Shown: positions 1 to 13,572 of the stretch, one piece after another
How positions within the stretch are numbered: position 1 is the stretch's first letter
Layout: each line of letters begins with the position of its first letter
Assembly (NCBI GenBank): GCA_000934665.2
Contig: KZ539101.1
Location: 1-33,552, forward strand
Direction: 5' to 3'
DNA: 33,552 nucleotides
From: Catajapyx aquilonaris
Lineage: Eukaryota
Program-made: the position numbers and the translations under genes
The notes under the pieces: model-generated
What the model was told of the DNA's origin: nothing
What the model saw: the letters and a program-made list of their open reading frames with translations, nothing else
Databases searched by the model: none

Positions 1-958
1 GTATCTGTCCATGCAGTCAAATAAATGCTCAACGTTCACTGGGACTGGTGAAAAATTGTTATCTGTTAGGTGGGCCTTATTTGGTGCAGGTACCTTAGGA
101 CATCCTCGACATCAGAGTGTATAACATTGTATACTATATGTATTAGACCTGATGGTATAATATGTATGCGCAAGAAACGAGGAGGCGAGCATCAGATGAA
201 ATACGATTGGAAGGAGGTGATGTTGGGTCGGCCCGCGCATGATAATCATTATCAGGAGGGCCCCCCCTAGAACCCCCGCATTATTTTGATTGGAATTCTC
301 ACCTGCTAGCTGTACATTCAGGCGGCGGCCATAATGATAATGACAAGCATGGCTGGCATACTACATGGTATACTTTTGCGTTTAATAATAATCTGGCGAG
401 ATAATGTATTATACGAGTAGAAACACGAGGAGAGGCCATCAGGTCTGCTGCTGGTGTAGGCGGCACAGCAGCAGAAGCATCGGACGTGTTACACCTTCCA
501 ACACCCATCATTATGACACGGCCGGGTTACATTATATTAAAAAGGCGGAGGAGGGGTACTGAGGAGAGGGAAGGGACGAGGGGCCAGTTGATACTGGCGG
601 GTAATATACTACACACTCCGCAGCCTGTGATTATAAAAGAGCGAGGTATGGGAAGGGGGGACAATCTGATAGTGATGAAAGCAGAATGGCGGGGATTGGT
701 TTTGCTGTATGTTGGACACTTTGTTGGTTGGATGGGAGGGAAAGGCCGGGTCACACTGGCTGATGTGTCTCTGGATGACGAGGAATGAAGAAGACAGTAT
801 AATATGTCGGATGAAAATGATATGGTGGGTGCTGCATGGGTGATGCCGTCACATGCAGTGCTCAGGGGCATTATTTTCCAGCTGCAGCAGTCTTCGCTCT
901 TTTCCCATTTCCCTGGGCGGAAAACAAGCTTTGCTTCTGCTGCATTGGGTTTGGGGGG

Positions 959-1135
959 NNNNNNNNNNNNNNNNNNNNNNNNNNNNNNNNNNNNNNNNNN
1001 NNNNNNNNNNNNNNNNNNNNNNNNNNNNNNNNNNNNNNNNNNNNNNNNNNNNNNNNNNNNNNNNNNNNNNNNNNNNNNNNNNNNNNNNNNNNNNNNNNNN
1101 NNNNNNNNNNNNNNNNNNNNNNNNNNNNNNNNNNN
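959..1135. other. Assembly gap (177 N), flanked by a G-run and a C-run
   Basis: Run of N directly in the sequence; ORFs spanning it are artefacts. Confidence 0.99.
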
Positions 1136-1943
1136 CCTTTCCCCCCCCCCCCCCCCCATTGGCTTCCCCCCCACCCTGCAGTCTCTCTCTCTCTCTCTCC
1201 CCATCATCATGATGTGAAATCCGCCCTCGCCACCGGCCCTTCCTTTTCGCCCCCTTTCTCCTTCCTTCCTTCCTTCCTTCCTTCCCATCATTTCCTTGTA
1301 ACATCTAATTGGCATTGTTGCTCCCTGTCACCGCCCAGTACCCTCACACCACTGTCAAATGCGCGGCCATACAATGTCACACTATACTGTGGTATATAGT
1401 TGCGGCAAGCCACATATGGCAGCGTATGGCACTAAACCCCGGTGCTATAACATACTATACGCAAATATATACAAATAATGTCGCGAAAGCAGCATGAGCT
1501 CGCCACATGTGCGATGGACTTTTAAGCAACCATTCCGACAGTTGGCTGCGTCTATGGGTCTCCGAGGCCTCATCCCAAACTAAGCATTTGAATAAGGGAT
1601 GGTGGTGAAGAAACGGGACAAGTCCACTCTTAATGGCCCAAAATGAGTTATGGTTCTGCCATCCTGCGGCCATTCTGCATTTTTGATTTTTTTGGGGGTG
1701 CAGAAATCAGACCTGTCACGTAGTCCACTGAGGAAACCTCCCAAGCGACCAGCGTGTTTTCGCCCTCTACAGCGGGTTATAATACAAAAAGGCACCTGGA
1801 GCCTAGACAGTGTCCTCCACTTTTCGGAAACACGAAGCACACATTTCGCGCTTCATTTTGAAAGCCATTCGAGGAATGCCAAAAGTAGCGAACTTTGAGT
1901 TATATTAAAATGAAATTTTAGCCGCCATCTTGCCATTTAAGTA

Positions 1944-2962
1944 CAGGGTGGACGGAAAGTTTCGGACCCCCCCNGCCCCCCCCCCCCCCCAGGTTTTTAA
2001 ACCATACTTTTCACAACGTCTTTTCACATCTTTTAAAAGTTCACAAGAAGTTGTAATGTACACTATCTTTTGAAGCATAATCTCGAGAACATCTGAGCAC
2101 CTTCGCTCTCGCAATTCCATTGATAATTTCGCCTCTGTGACTCATCTAAACATCCTATCTGTTTTGCGTTTATTTTGCTTGTTGCCTTGGAGGACCCCTG
2201 GTCATATTCTGCGTCAGATAAGGTTTTTATGACCCTTTTCCATGGGTTCCCCTTCATGCAAATGTTGTGAACTCACTCCCGACCTTATTTTTCGCATTGG
2301 TCCATAACCTGAATAAAAATTTGAAAAGGAATGCATGAAATGGCGGACCCGGGTGCATTACTTTCGAATTCTCACATTGGTACCATCGCATTTGTCTCCA
2401 TTTTTACTTTAAAATAATTTTTTGGTGCGAAAGGACGTGAACGAAAGGATGTGTCATGTTGATTAATTTACCAAGGTAGGACTGTTTACTGTCCTTTCCC
2501 ACCAAAAAATTATTTCAAAGTAAAGATAGAGACAAATGTGATGGTACCAATTCGAAAGTAATGCATCCGGGTCCGCCATTTCATGCATTCCTTTTCAAAT
2601 TTTTATTGGACCAGGTTATGGACCAATGCGAAAAATAAGGTCGGGAGTGAGTTCACAACATTTGCATGAAGGGGAACTCACGGAAAAGTGTCATAAAAAC
2701 CTTATCTGACGCGGAATATGACCAGGGGTCCTCCAAGGCAACAAGCAAAATAAACGCAAAACAGATAGGATGTTTAGATGAGTCACAGAGGCGAAGTTAT
2801 TAATGGAATTGCGAGAGCGAAGGTGCTCAGATGTTCTCAAGATTATGCTTCAAAAGATAGTGTACATTAGAACTGCTTGTGGACTTTCAAAAGATGTGAA
2901 AAGACGCTGTGAAAAGTAGGGTTAAAAAACCTGGGGGGGTCCGAAACTTTCCGTCCACCCTG
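1944..2962. mobile_element. Foldback non-autonomous DNA transposon (Tc1/mariner-type, TA TSD), ~1.02 kb with ~490-bp inverted arms
   Basis: TA|CAGGGTGGACGGAAAGTTTCGGACCCCCC at 1942 and GGGGGGTCCGAAACTTTCCGTCCACCCTG|TA ending 2964. Arms ~1944-2442 and ~2485-2962 are near-identical reverse complements around a ~40-nt spacer. No transposase ORF. Confidence 0.9.
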
Positions 2963-3713
2963 TATATTTTAAAAAGTGTCCTCCCAGTGCAAGCGAGCCA
3001 CGATGGCAACCCATCATCACGGACGCAGAATTCAGGAGAACACATTTCATTATAGCCTAGGGTGCTATGCTGTTGGCACCTGATCCAGTCAAGTGCATTG
3101 CGCATATACCTCGGAGCAAGTGACAAGTTGCCGCTTGTGAGCGATGCCGGAATGAATGATGCACTTTTAGTCCTCTCGAGAGCATATATTATAATAATCT
3201 GGTGTGATGACAGAGTCTATTATGTGTGTGTATTTACGCGGCATTATTAGTCATGGTGGGGATGCCTTGTAAGTATACTATTGTTGGTTGGCCGGGATGT
3301 TTGCTCATGTGAGGGGGGCCCCGGTTGCAGCAGGGTGGGTTGGGGAAGAGCCTCCGCTGCTTACGATCACGGTAATGTTGGTGGCGGTGGTAGAGAGGAT
3401 GCTGGGATATGGATTTTGGGATTACATGTTGGGGGGAAGGAAGTTACACACATGCACACGGAGCCAAAAGTCTTTTGTGTGACAGAAGAGGCGAAGTGAC
3501 ATGCAGCAGTATGTTTGCTGGATGGGTGCACCTGCCGGCCGCATGAATCACTGCTGGTGCAATCATCAGGCTTCATAATAATTATTTGCTATCACCAGCA
3601 CCACCTACATAACTGTGTGACGGTGCCAGCCTGGAATGATGCACGAATGGCCGGTATAGCAATTTTATCGATCTACCTGGAAGGTACAGCACATATCGCT
3701 GACACAGCCTGTT

Positions 3714-3714
<1 letters not shown>

Positions 3715-3790
<76 letters not shown>
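3715..3790. repeat. (AG)n microsatellite
   Basis: Perfect dinucleotide run. Confidence 0.98.
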
Positions 3791-3792
<2 letters not shown>

Positions 3793-5410
3793 GAATCATT
3801 TCTCTTTTTTTTTTTTGCAGAGACGTAATTGAGATATAAGAGTAGGCCAAACCGGACACCTTGCAAGAAAGTGTGCAGGTAATATTGTTCGTATGGTCTC
3901 AAAGCGGCAAAGCCTGGAATATTTTGTTAGTATATTGAGTATGTTATAGACTACAGACTATATAAATGGGAGGCAGTGGTGATTGGGTATATAACCCCAT
4001 AGTTTGCAGCATCACAGTGATGTTGGTCCATTACGGAAGTGTTGAAGCACAGCATCGCATCATACGTGCGCGCAAGGAGCTCGGAGAAAAATCTTCCCAC
4101 GCAGTAAAGTTGGCGGAACTTTTTTTTTAAAAAAAAAAGTCCCTCCCTCCCCCACTGGCTGTGCTGCATCCCTGCCATCCCCCACAGCACATTTCAGAGA
4201 GAGAGAGAGAGAAAAGCATGCTGTTTGGAGCCCACCCACCCACCCCATGGTGGAAACCCCCCCTCCCCTGCCCTCCCCAGCAGTCCCTCTACCTCCCCCC
4301 ATGAAGAAGTATCGGGTTTCCAAACCATTAGAGCCTGGCCTAAAGGTTGGAGGGAGGGAGGCTGGGTGGGTGAGTGGGTTGGGGGTTGCAGAGGAAGAGA
4401 AAAAGCAACCACACACACACACAGTTAGGCCTCCCCCTCCCCCCCTCTCTGTTGAAACTTGAAAGAGGGAGCCTTATATTCCCTAAATCACACCAGGAGC
4501 ACAGACTCCCCTATACATACCTCTCTTCATGCACGTTGTCTCCGTTGTCCCCTCACGCCTCACCTCATCTCTCGTCCAACCTATGCTATACATACAGTAC
4601 ATACAACGCATGCAGGCCATCACTCTCGGTATACACCATCCGCAAATCATCGTCGTTCCAAGGCTCTTTGGACACGGCCTGCTGTCCGCAACATCACCAC
4701 CACCTGATCTATATAGGGAGGAGGAGGTGGTTGATTAACTGAAATATATTCTAATCGCGTGTTATTCTTGTACGCTCCCATTTCTTGCACCTATGGATGG
4801 GTGCTGGGAAGTATACACGCCGCCGCGCCGTTGCAAATCCAGATAATTCACACTATAAGGATGCTGCTGAGACTACCTGATGGGTCCAGGCTGCATCATA
4901 ATCATGGCCGATGAAATCATTTCAAGGACATACTCTGATCATGCTGTTATGAATACCAGGTGTGCGGCAATAATCACCGCCGTATTCGCTGAGAGATCGC
5001 GATATTATAATAAGAACAGGCAAGTTATGACCGCGAAAGCAATTGGGACATGTGCCATCAGAAGAGGCCTATATAGCTCCCATATACCCTCATCTATTAT
5101 ATTCATATATACTCCATTGCATTGTTGCGGTGATTCCCACAAACTTGCATTATAGATTCCGACTTGATCGCTCTGTAGGCTACTGCATTCTGTATCGTAT
5201 ATGGTAAGTATACGTACGAAGAAGACGCTTCTTCATACGTACAACGTACCTACCACATAAATATGATACAGTTTGGTCTCTCTGCAGCCTCGTCACCCAG
5301 ATAACGCGCTGCAAGCCGGTCAGGCAATATCCTGGCGGGTATGCTACCCTCCTACTCTCCAAGAGACATTGCCTTTTATTCGAGTTTCAACACACGAGCC
5401 ACAGGTATTT

Positions 5411-5412
<2 letters not shown>

Positions 5413-5476
<64 letters not shown>

Positions 5477-5729
5477 GATAGCCCGTGATAGGCCCCTTGG
5501 GCCTCAATAGGGGATCATCTTTTGAATAACTGACTTTAATCATTGCCTGCGCTGTGATGGATTTTGATAGTGGGAGGAAACAGGAGAACCCCGAGAAAAC
5601 CCACGCGCACACGGAGAGAACCCATCGAAACTATATCCACATAAGTATCCTCCGTCCGACCCGGGGATCGAACTCGGGACCTTAGAGGTGGAAGGCTACG
5701 GCGCCAACCACTCGGCCACCGTGTCGGCC
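5413..5729 (-). mobile_element. tRNA-derived SINE with V-domain-like core and (TTA)n tail
   Basis: On the minus strand: Pol III box A TGGCCGAGTGG (5708-5718), box B GAGTTCGATCC (5665-5675), central GTGGGTTTTCTCGGGGTTCTCCTGTTTCCTCCCAC (5570-5604) resembling the V-SINE core, and (TTA)n tail 5413-5475. TSD TATTTTGAAT at 5406 and 5734. Confidence 0.85.
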
Positions 5730-6991
5730 TTTTTATTTTGAATCATAATTTAAGCCGCTATCTTATCATAGTACTATAGCAGGATATACCCGGCGCGGCG
5801 TTGCTCGGGTTATGAAACACTTTTCCATAGGAGTAACCCATTGATTTGGTAGTTATGCTTCTGCAATAATTATGGCTATGCAATGTTGGAATACCAGTAA
5901 CATGGAGTGTATAAGGCATGTGCATAAAGTCCAAACAACACACTGCGGATGTCGGATTGTACGCTAAGAAAATGCACCATACGCTTTTAAAATGGAGCTA
6001 AAGTAGCCTATATGTAATGCGAAATGGAAGGTTGTGCACAGTACAGGCCTAAATGTACCAATGTACGTAGAATATAGTCATTGAAAGACCGGCAGCACCT
6101 CTCTTATAGTTATTCCCCAACCCCAAAATGGCCAATCTGGCCTCCAGGGCGACTGTGCCAGCAGGCTGAAGTGTCGAAGACTGCATCCTCCACACGGAAA
6201 ATAATATTATTTAACTATAGGTATATAGCCAGTTGCCAAAATTTGGCAAAAGTGGTGTCTCTCTCTCTCCCTCCCTCCCGTCCATATACCCTCCCTCCCT
6301 CTCTCTTCTGCCTGGAAGACATCTTATTGTCCTGGTGCTGAGGATGGTGTTCATGATCAGGTTGCCTGTATGTTGCCCGCACCTGTTTTCATCTCTGTAT
6401 ATACCAAGTCTTCCAGTAAGGAATGAACACTATAGGAGATGGCTGAACATGACGTACATATTACATGCAGCAAGGGCTGGGTTCAATTCTCACAATTTGA
6501 CTGCATTATTGGTGGGTGTCTGATGATGATGGATTGGGGGCGGGGGGGGGGGAGAAGGGAGGATAAGGGGGAGGTTTGCCCCCCCTCTTTCAATGAGGCA
6601 AAAGTTGGAAGTTTCTCGGTATTATATTGGGTGTGTATACGCGCGCGTGTGTGTAGAACATGCAGCGAAGTGATGAAGAGAGGCCACCTGGTTGGCTGGA
6701 GAGAGAGGGGGTCAGTTAGTTAGTTAGTTAGTCGGAGGCGAGAGAAGGAGGGAGGGAGGGAGGGGGATAATTAGAAAGGAGGCCCGGAGAATGGTGGGTG
6801 GGGTGGTGGGAAGGGAGGGATGATTTTGGCAAAGTCAGCCTGTGATGGGTTGGCCAGGGCAACATAATAGTGTACGTACAGCTGCATGCCCCCTAACGTA
6901 TACCATTCCCTTCCCCTTTTTTGTACAGTATAATTATGCAACGGCGACTTTAGTCCAAGCAGCACGCGATGCGACACTAGCTGATAATAGC

Positions 6992-7066
<75 letters not shown>
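6992..7066. repeat. (AAT)n microsatellite
   Basis: Perfect trinucleotide run. Confidence 0.98.
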
Positions 7067-9602
7067 CATGCGGCGTGTAATTAAGCCTCCAGTCCCATTA
7101 TGCCCCCCGCACTCCCTTTCATCCTCCCCAACCCTCCATTGCCACCCTGGTGCTGATGTCGTCTCATCGTCATCATTATTGGCAGCCCCCACACCACCGC
7201 CCATCACCACCGTGTTATGCCGATAAAAGGGAATAAGGCAAATAGGGTCCAACAGAGAGAGACTATATATACACAGGGTTGGGCAAAATGATTAACAGTA
7301 TTATAGAGTGTCACATGTCATTCTCTGCTTCGTGTTTATATCATCAGGGAAGAAGACTCTTCAAAAGGCAGGGTTGCGGTTGGATGGGTGGGTGCTGCTG
7401 TAACATATAGGGAGGGAGGGAGGGCCAATCAGCGTCACAAAATCACCCATCAGCACATGACACTAGCCCTGTCCCCACAATCACCCACAATCACGATACA
7501 CTCACCGCAGAGCACTTGCCGCTTCTCACACCTCCTCATCATTATAAAGCCTGTAATCCAGGGAGGGGGGTAGTCACTTCGGGTGTTCCGTCTCCATCAC
7601 CTTCGGTGGTGATCCCGTGCACACTTTAGTGAGGAGTGACTATACACCCTTGCCCGCAACAGTCGAGACAAAATTGCATTCTAGCAGAAGGCCGAGCTGC
7701 TGCCGTCACTCACATTTCTGTGACAATATTATAGACGTACCGGTGCGGTACGGTGCTGATCACCGCGGTCACCTGCTGCTGCATGCTGCAGTCACTGGTT
7801 CGTTTGCAAGTCAGCAAGTTCAATATATTGAGATTAACCAAAGTCTTTATTGTCATCTTCATACAGCTAGGCAATAAGTACTGTATACGTGTATGGAGGG
7901 GCAACATCCACGCGCGAAGATGCTCAGTGATGATGCTCATCGAGAAGGAGAGAGCCCAATGCCGGTGTACCGTCTTGTATACTTATTCCCTCAATAAGGT
8001 GCGAACTGTACATTACCTATTCAGACTACGAAATTACCCTTAATGAGGATGCAAGCAATGTCCGAGTGAGTGTAACATTTTTGTACGTAGTTTAAATTGG
8101 CCCACTTTTGGTGCCACGACGCAGACAAGCCGTGCACGCGCGGAAGTTCTCGTGCCCTTCAAACAATCAGAGAGCGTCATTTACGCATTTGTTTCTTCTT
8201 GGGTGCGAAAAGGGGTGCTGTTGGGGCTTTTCCTTAGGAGGAATGTCGTCCTTCCTGGTCCCCCCAGCATCCACCTTGGCTATACCGGTACCAAAGGTCG
8301 TCTAGTTCACACCAAATAAATCCTATAGGGTGATGGTGGTCAAAAAATGCGACTCTGTAAGAAGAATTTGCATGTTTCTGTACGCTGATGTATCAAGATG
8401 CACGGCAGTGCATCCCGCCAAGTCTAAGCCACTTCCACCGCCACTGACCCAGACCATTCGCCCCTTCTCTCCTTTACTCTTACGTCTCGCGCTGCCGTGC
8501 ATCCTTTACTCGAGCTCACTCGCTCTCTCTACATTTCGGCATTTTCTAGTTCGGCACAGGGAAATGATGCAAGGCTCAAATTTTAATACGACGATGGGGC
8601 ACACCCGGGGACCCTACCAATAAATTGTCGTGAAATGTGGACCACTAGATCCACGCCAGGAGAGGGCCCAAATTGGCCTTTTTTTGTCTGATTCATATAA
8701 TATAGGGATGGCGATAATCAAAATGATTGGCCACTTCCAGTTATCGTACAGATCCCAAATTTTGTACAAAAATTGGCCCTCCTCTGAAACCCCCAGGAAA
8801 AGTCTAAAACCGTAAGTCGCCCATCTTGGGTCCAGACTGCAGCCATTCAAACACGATTTTTTTTAAATGCAACAATGCCAATACATGATATGGTCTCCAT
8901 ACTACCAATGTATTGACATTGTTGCAAAGAGAATTCTGGAGGCTAGACGTGTCTTTCTCTCACTCTCTGTTCCAGTTGCCTAGGTTAACGGTGCAGTTGG
9001 GTCTGTATACTCACAGTCAGTGTTACATACCACCCCGATTAGCCACAAAAAGTTAAATCCGTAAGAATTGAATTTTCAATTGGTCAAGAGTTAATACTGG
9101 TTAAAACCGATCAAGAGCAAATTTCAAATTATTGCAAACGCATTCATCCACAGGAAACAGTTCCCCTGAACAACAGCTGACGGCATCACGATTCATAAGA
9201 GCCAAGGTTTAAGCTTAGACATTATGGGCATTTGGATCGTCACTTTTCTGATGTGGTCAAGTGTATGTGGCCTTGTCTCGAATCAAAAAATTGGATGGAA
9301 TTCATCTAACCAACTTTGACCCCACTCAAGTTAAAGCTAACGATGAAGCCATTTAACGGAATATAACAGACTAAGACTTAAATTCAGGCCGGACCTTTGC
9401 AGTTTCCAATTCCCTCTTTTTAAGAGGCTCGTCGTGGACAATACTCAAGGTGCATGCAGCGCCAATAGATTCTCGGGACAAGGACATTGGCCATACTCCG
9501 AGGCAGCTATTCTTATTATATACACCCAACAATTGACGTTACTTTCTTCGTGTCATTCCTTCATTCAACCTTGATTCAACCTAACAAAAAGTAGTGAGAT
9601 CC

Positions 9603-9900
9603 CACTCAAAAACGCACGCGTAAAAAAAAGCGCCAAGTCGTCTGCCCAAAAAAACCTGTGAGATGGTGTCTGGGAGCCAAGCCTTGTCCACTCCGCCGTA
9701 CAAAGTCGTGAGATCGTGGTGGACCAAGTCCGGCCAAGTAATCTCACTTAGCTTATAGCCTCGAAGAAAGGCTTGGCGTCCACCACGATCTCACGACTTT
9801 GTACGGCGGAGTGGACAAGGCTTGGCGCCCAGACCAAACTATCTCACAGGTTTTTTCGGCGGAAGACTTGGCGCGTTTTTTACGAGTGCGTTTTTGAGTG
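9603..9900. mobile_element. Palindromic MITE, possibly EnSpm/CACTA-like (CACTCAAAAA termini)
   Basis: Arms ~9603-9724 and ~9778-9900 are reverse complements (CACTCAAAAACGCACGCGTAAAAAA ... TTTTTTACGAGTGCGTTTTTGAGTG) around a ~53-nt loop. TSD not clearly preserved. Confidence 0.8.
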
Positions 9901-11470
9901 CATAGACAGCGGAATGAACCGCACTACTGCTAATCCGCTTGGCCTTTCACTCTTCTTTCACTGAAACATGGGTCAAGCTCCATTCAGCCGAAAGGTCTCC
10001 GTAAAGATGCGGCGAAAGCACACCGAGCGAGAATCCTCCGCCAGATTCCAGCAAAAAAGTCGCCCTAAATTTCGCATAAAAATATGGACCAAGTTTCTCT
10101 CTTCTATAGTTGAAGTCAGCGGACTGGGTATATCCAGGCAAATTGACGAATAATAATAATAATAAATAATAATCGACGCTTATGTGAGGACGTGTCCACA
10201 GTACACTGTCGGAGACGTTGCCTTCATTTTGAGCTGATGCAACAACCGACGAGCCTCGGCTGTCATATTGGCCTCTCCCTCTTTATTTGCCAGCACCACC
10301 ATCGTCATCATTATTATAAGACCAGACCCCTTTCACCTCCTCCATTTACCAGCACTGATTGCTTCATTATTTTCTTCTCCTTCTTCTTCGTCTTTATTGC
10401 ATGCTGCTGAGGAGGTGGAAGGGGAGGGAGCCAAGCCAATCTAGGGTATCACTGGATGCATACAACTGCTGTATATAGATAATATAGGAGTGGGGGGGGC
10501 TGCTTGGCTGTATATAATTGGTGCTCCAATCAGCAGCAATCTGCTTCTGCGGTTCACAAGAATAGAAGGAGGAGGAGGAGGAGGAGGAGGAGAAAAAGAG
10601 CATGCTAATATGCGCTGGTTTGAAGGGGGTGGGGTGGGGGCGTTTGATTTCCTGGGGCCTATCTCTGTCCCTCCCTCTAATGATCCTTGGAAATCGTTAT
10701 CTGCTTCTCAGACCAAAGAAATCAGACCTCTCCACCCACCCACCCTGCCCATCCCTGCTGCTTTCCCCCCCTTTAGTCGCTCGTTATTTTACTCGGTAGT
10801 TATAAGAAAAAGAGAGAAAGCTGAGGAACAAAGTTTGTGGTGGATGGTGTGTGCTGATAGGCATCGTGGCTTTACTCGCCAGGGGGCGGAGGGCATCAGC
10901 AAATGTGTGATACACGTACTGCTGGGTCGAGCAAGATGAGATTCCTTCCCTGTATAAAATGTATCATGTGGGTGAATAGTGGAAAAACATGCAATTCCTG
11001 TCCCAGCTAATTTCTGGACTCAATAATATAACATCTGAAAACCAGATAACGTATACTAAGAAATAAGATTGCAACTTGCGGAATACCGGGGCACATAACG
11101 ACAGATTTAGTCGAGTGTAGTGTGTAGAGAGCAGTGCGTCACATCTGTGGCACCTGATAAATGTAGGTAAGCAGTTCAAATTTCAAATTTTGCTCGAGTA
11201 AGTGTGCTGTTAGACTGTACAATGAGGAACTTACTCGTTTGAACTCAACGTTTGTAACCTAAACTTACGGCCACGTTTTACGTAGAATAAACAGAGAGTT
11301 CGTCACGTCCATGGACACTACGTACCCGTCCAAAGGCGCCCCTAGGCGGGGTCAGATGTTCAGGGACAAGATTTTTATAACCTCTATTTGAATGTTTGGA
11401 CCATCTGTAGTTCTATACCATGTTTCTAATGCACTCTTAGCTGTACGCTACTTATTGTCAGATGCGGATA

Positions 11471-12431
11471 GGTGTCGAGGAGAGGGGGGCAAGATGGGAC
11501 ACTTAAGGTTTAGGAAGCCACAGCAGGCCCAGCTTATACAGTGCAGGTCTAAAGTTTTGACATAAGATGCCACCAACGGTTTTCTGTTGAATGAGAAAAA
11601 TCTGATTCTGTATAAATGACGGGTTTTAATCGGGACCCTGAATACAAAACAGGTGCAAGTGTCCCATCTTGCCCCATATGCGGGGCAAGATGGGACACCC
11701 TTTGGGACGAAATGGGGCAACATGTTTCACTTGCACAAGTCACACACATGAATTGTCTCATTGTCAGACTCATCTATATATCCCTGCACAGCCACAGTGT
11801 GCCCACCTGCCACACACGCCACAGGACACCCATTCCTCGTGGGATTTCGAATAGAGGTCTTCACAATAGAGACATTTAGCGTCGGCATTAGCATCAGGAA
11901 TTTTCTTCCGCAGTTTAGTGATTTTACGAATAAAATTCTGATGCAATGTTACAACGAAAACCCTACGCCAATATAGCACAGCGCAACAATACGGGGCATG
12001 ATGGGGGACACCCCCACGATGCCCCCGTCATCCCGTCTTACCCCGAGCCACCATATTAGACTTAATTAACCCATGATGTGGCAGCAAAACTGCAAATATG
12101 CACAAATTTTCTGTCACAATAGACACGTCATGAACTGCTCTTTTCTTGGGAAATATATCATCACTATCGGTTTTATTAGTAAATAATATACAATATTATC
12201 CTGGTGAGAAAGACTGCAAAATAATAGCAAAATGGTCTAAAACTATAGAATAAACGCTCCCCTATACTTACTGGCGGCCGTTGCATTCAGCCAAGGTATA
12301 GACAGATGCCGGAAGTGCAGAGACAGCAACTGATGAAAATCAGATGGCACAAGTACATGCAGACCTTTTAGGGGGGGGGGGGGGTCTTACCTCGAACCTC
12401 GTGTACCCTTCTTGCCCCCCTCTCCATCACC
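11471..12431 (-). mobile_element. Internally deleted pogo/Tigger-like DNA transposon, TA TSD
   Basis: Imperfect ~32-bp TIRs: TA|GGTGTCGAGGAGAGGGGGGCAAGATGGGACAC and GTGTACCCTTCTTGCCCCCCTCTCCATCACC|TA. Internal copies of GGGGCAAGATGGGACAC at ~11661-11700 and degenerate ones at ~11992-12045. Contains a PHD-finger remnant. Confidence 0.75.
11727..11905 (-). pseudogene. Frameshifted C-terminal PHD finger of a pogo-like transposase
   Basis: CLYCEDLYSKSHEEWVSCGVCGRWAHCGCAGI; removing a 4-nt TATA at ~11775-11780 continues DESDNETIHVCDLCK*, completing a C4-H-C3 PHD pattern. No DDE domain visible. Confidence 0.75.
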
Positions 12432-12530
12432 TACTCTGAATTTACACACATTATTTTTATTATTTTATTATTAAGGACCTCCTCCTTAATATTCGCTGGC
12501 AACCCCAAATCTGTTGGGAAACGCCGTGAA

Positions 12531-12587
<57 letters not shown>
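12531..12587. repeat. (GAT)n microsatellite (possible retroposon 3' tail)
   Basis: Perfect trinucleotide run. Confidence 0.97.
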
Positions 12588-12590
<3 letters not shown>

Positions 12591-13572
12591 ATATTGCGAA
12601 CTGTGCTGGCCACTTGGTTCGGTTCTACACCCTGTGACACACTTACTGTTAGTTCGTCAAGGGCAAGTAGACGGGAGTACATGCAGCTGTGTAGATACGG
12701 CATTTTTATCATTTACAAAAAGAAAATGTTAAATATAAAGGCCACGATATCGGCCGTTATTTTTGTGGGAACAGCAGAGGTAATAACTATTTTTATGTAA
12801 AAAATTGTTTTTTTTTTGAGGACATATTGATGTAATTTTTTTGGAAATGAAATTGCCGGTTTTATTTTCACTCTTCAGCCATTATTTGCATCCGAAATTG
12901 TACGGTGCAGCAGCTCATCTTTACAGGTCAATGCTCAGCCATCCCAGAGTGAGAGAGAGGTAGTGTTGATGCACCTGCCATTCCGGCGAAACAGTGACGG
13001 TCGATTCCGCACTTTATTCCTCGGTCCCTCCCTCCCTCAACAATATATATCCCAGCTCCCGATGCTCCACACAGCAAATACTGGGCCTCATCATCATCAC
13101 CCGAGTTGGAACAACAACATCACAAGCGCCAGAAATGACCACTCATGTCGGGGGCAGGTCGGGGGGGATTTCCACACTGTTCTTGTCTCGCTCATTGAAT
13201 TAGGCCTACCCTATTTTGACGGAAATAGTGTCATTTTAATATTCTCCACGCAGCAGTCCCCCCGGGGCCCCATACTATACATGCTGATCAGCTGATGACT
13301 GGCCACATATCTGCCAGGAATTATTTTCAATGATGCTCCTTCACTCGGTGTGCTAGTGTATTAACACTGCTGCTGATGCATATCTATCGATGATAATGAA
13401 GAAAGCGATAACTGATGTAGGCTGGAAAGGTAACAGCTAGGTATACTAGACGTCGGATGTTTATTACTGCATCGGCAAAAAAAAAACACACCGGAATATG
13501 CGTAGTGGAAATATGATGTACGAGCACATTGTCGGGAAATATTCAAAGGGAAATATTCCCCGAGCAGTATAT

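Noticed and set aside
527..1399. Long ORFs (up to 262 aa) across the N gap
   Set aside because: They are open only because of Ns and low-complexity purine/pyrimidine runs.
5650..5729. tRNA gene (also 29910-29985)
   Set aside because: Box A/B are present, but each continues into a SINE body, simple-repeat tail and TSD; no convincing cloverleaf.
3515..12732. ORFs with poly-RE, poly-L, poly-N, poly-I, poly-S and poly-M tracts
   Set aside because: Translations of microsatellites; no recognisable domains.
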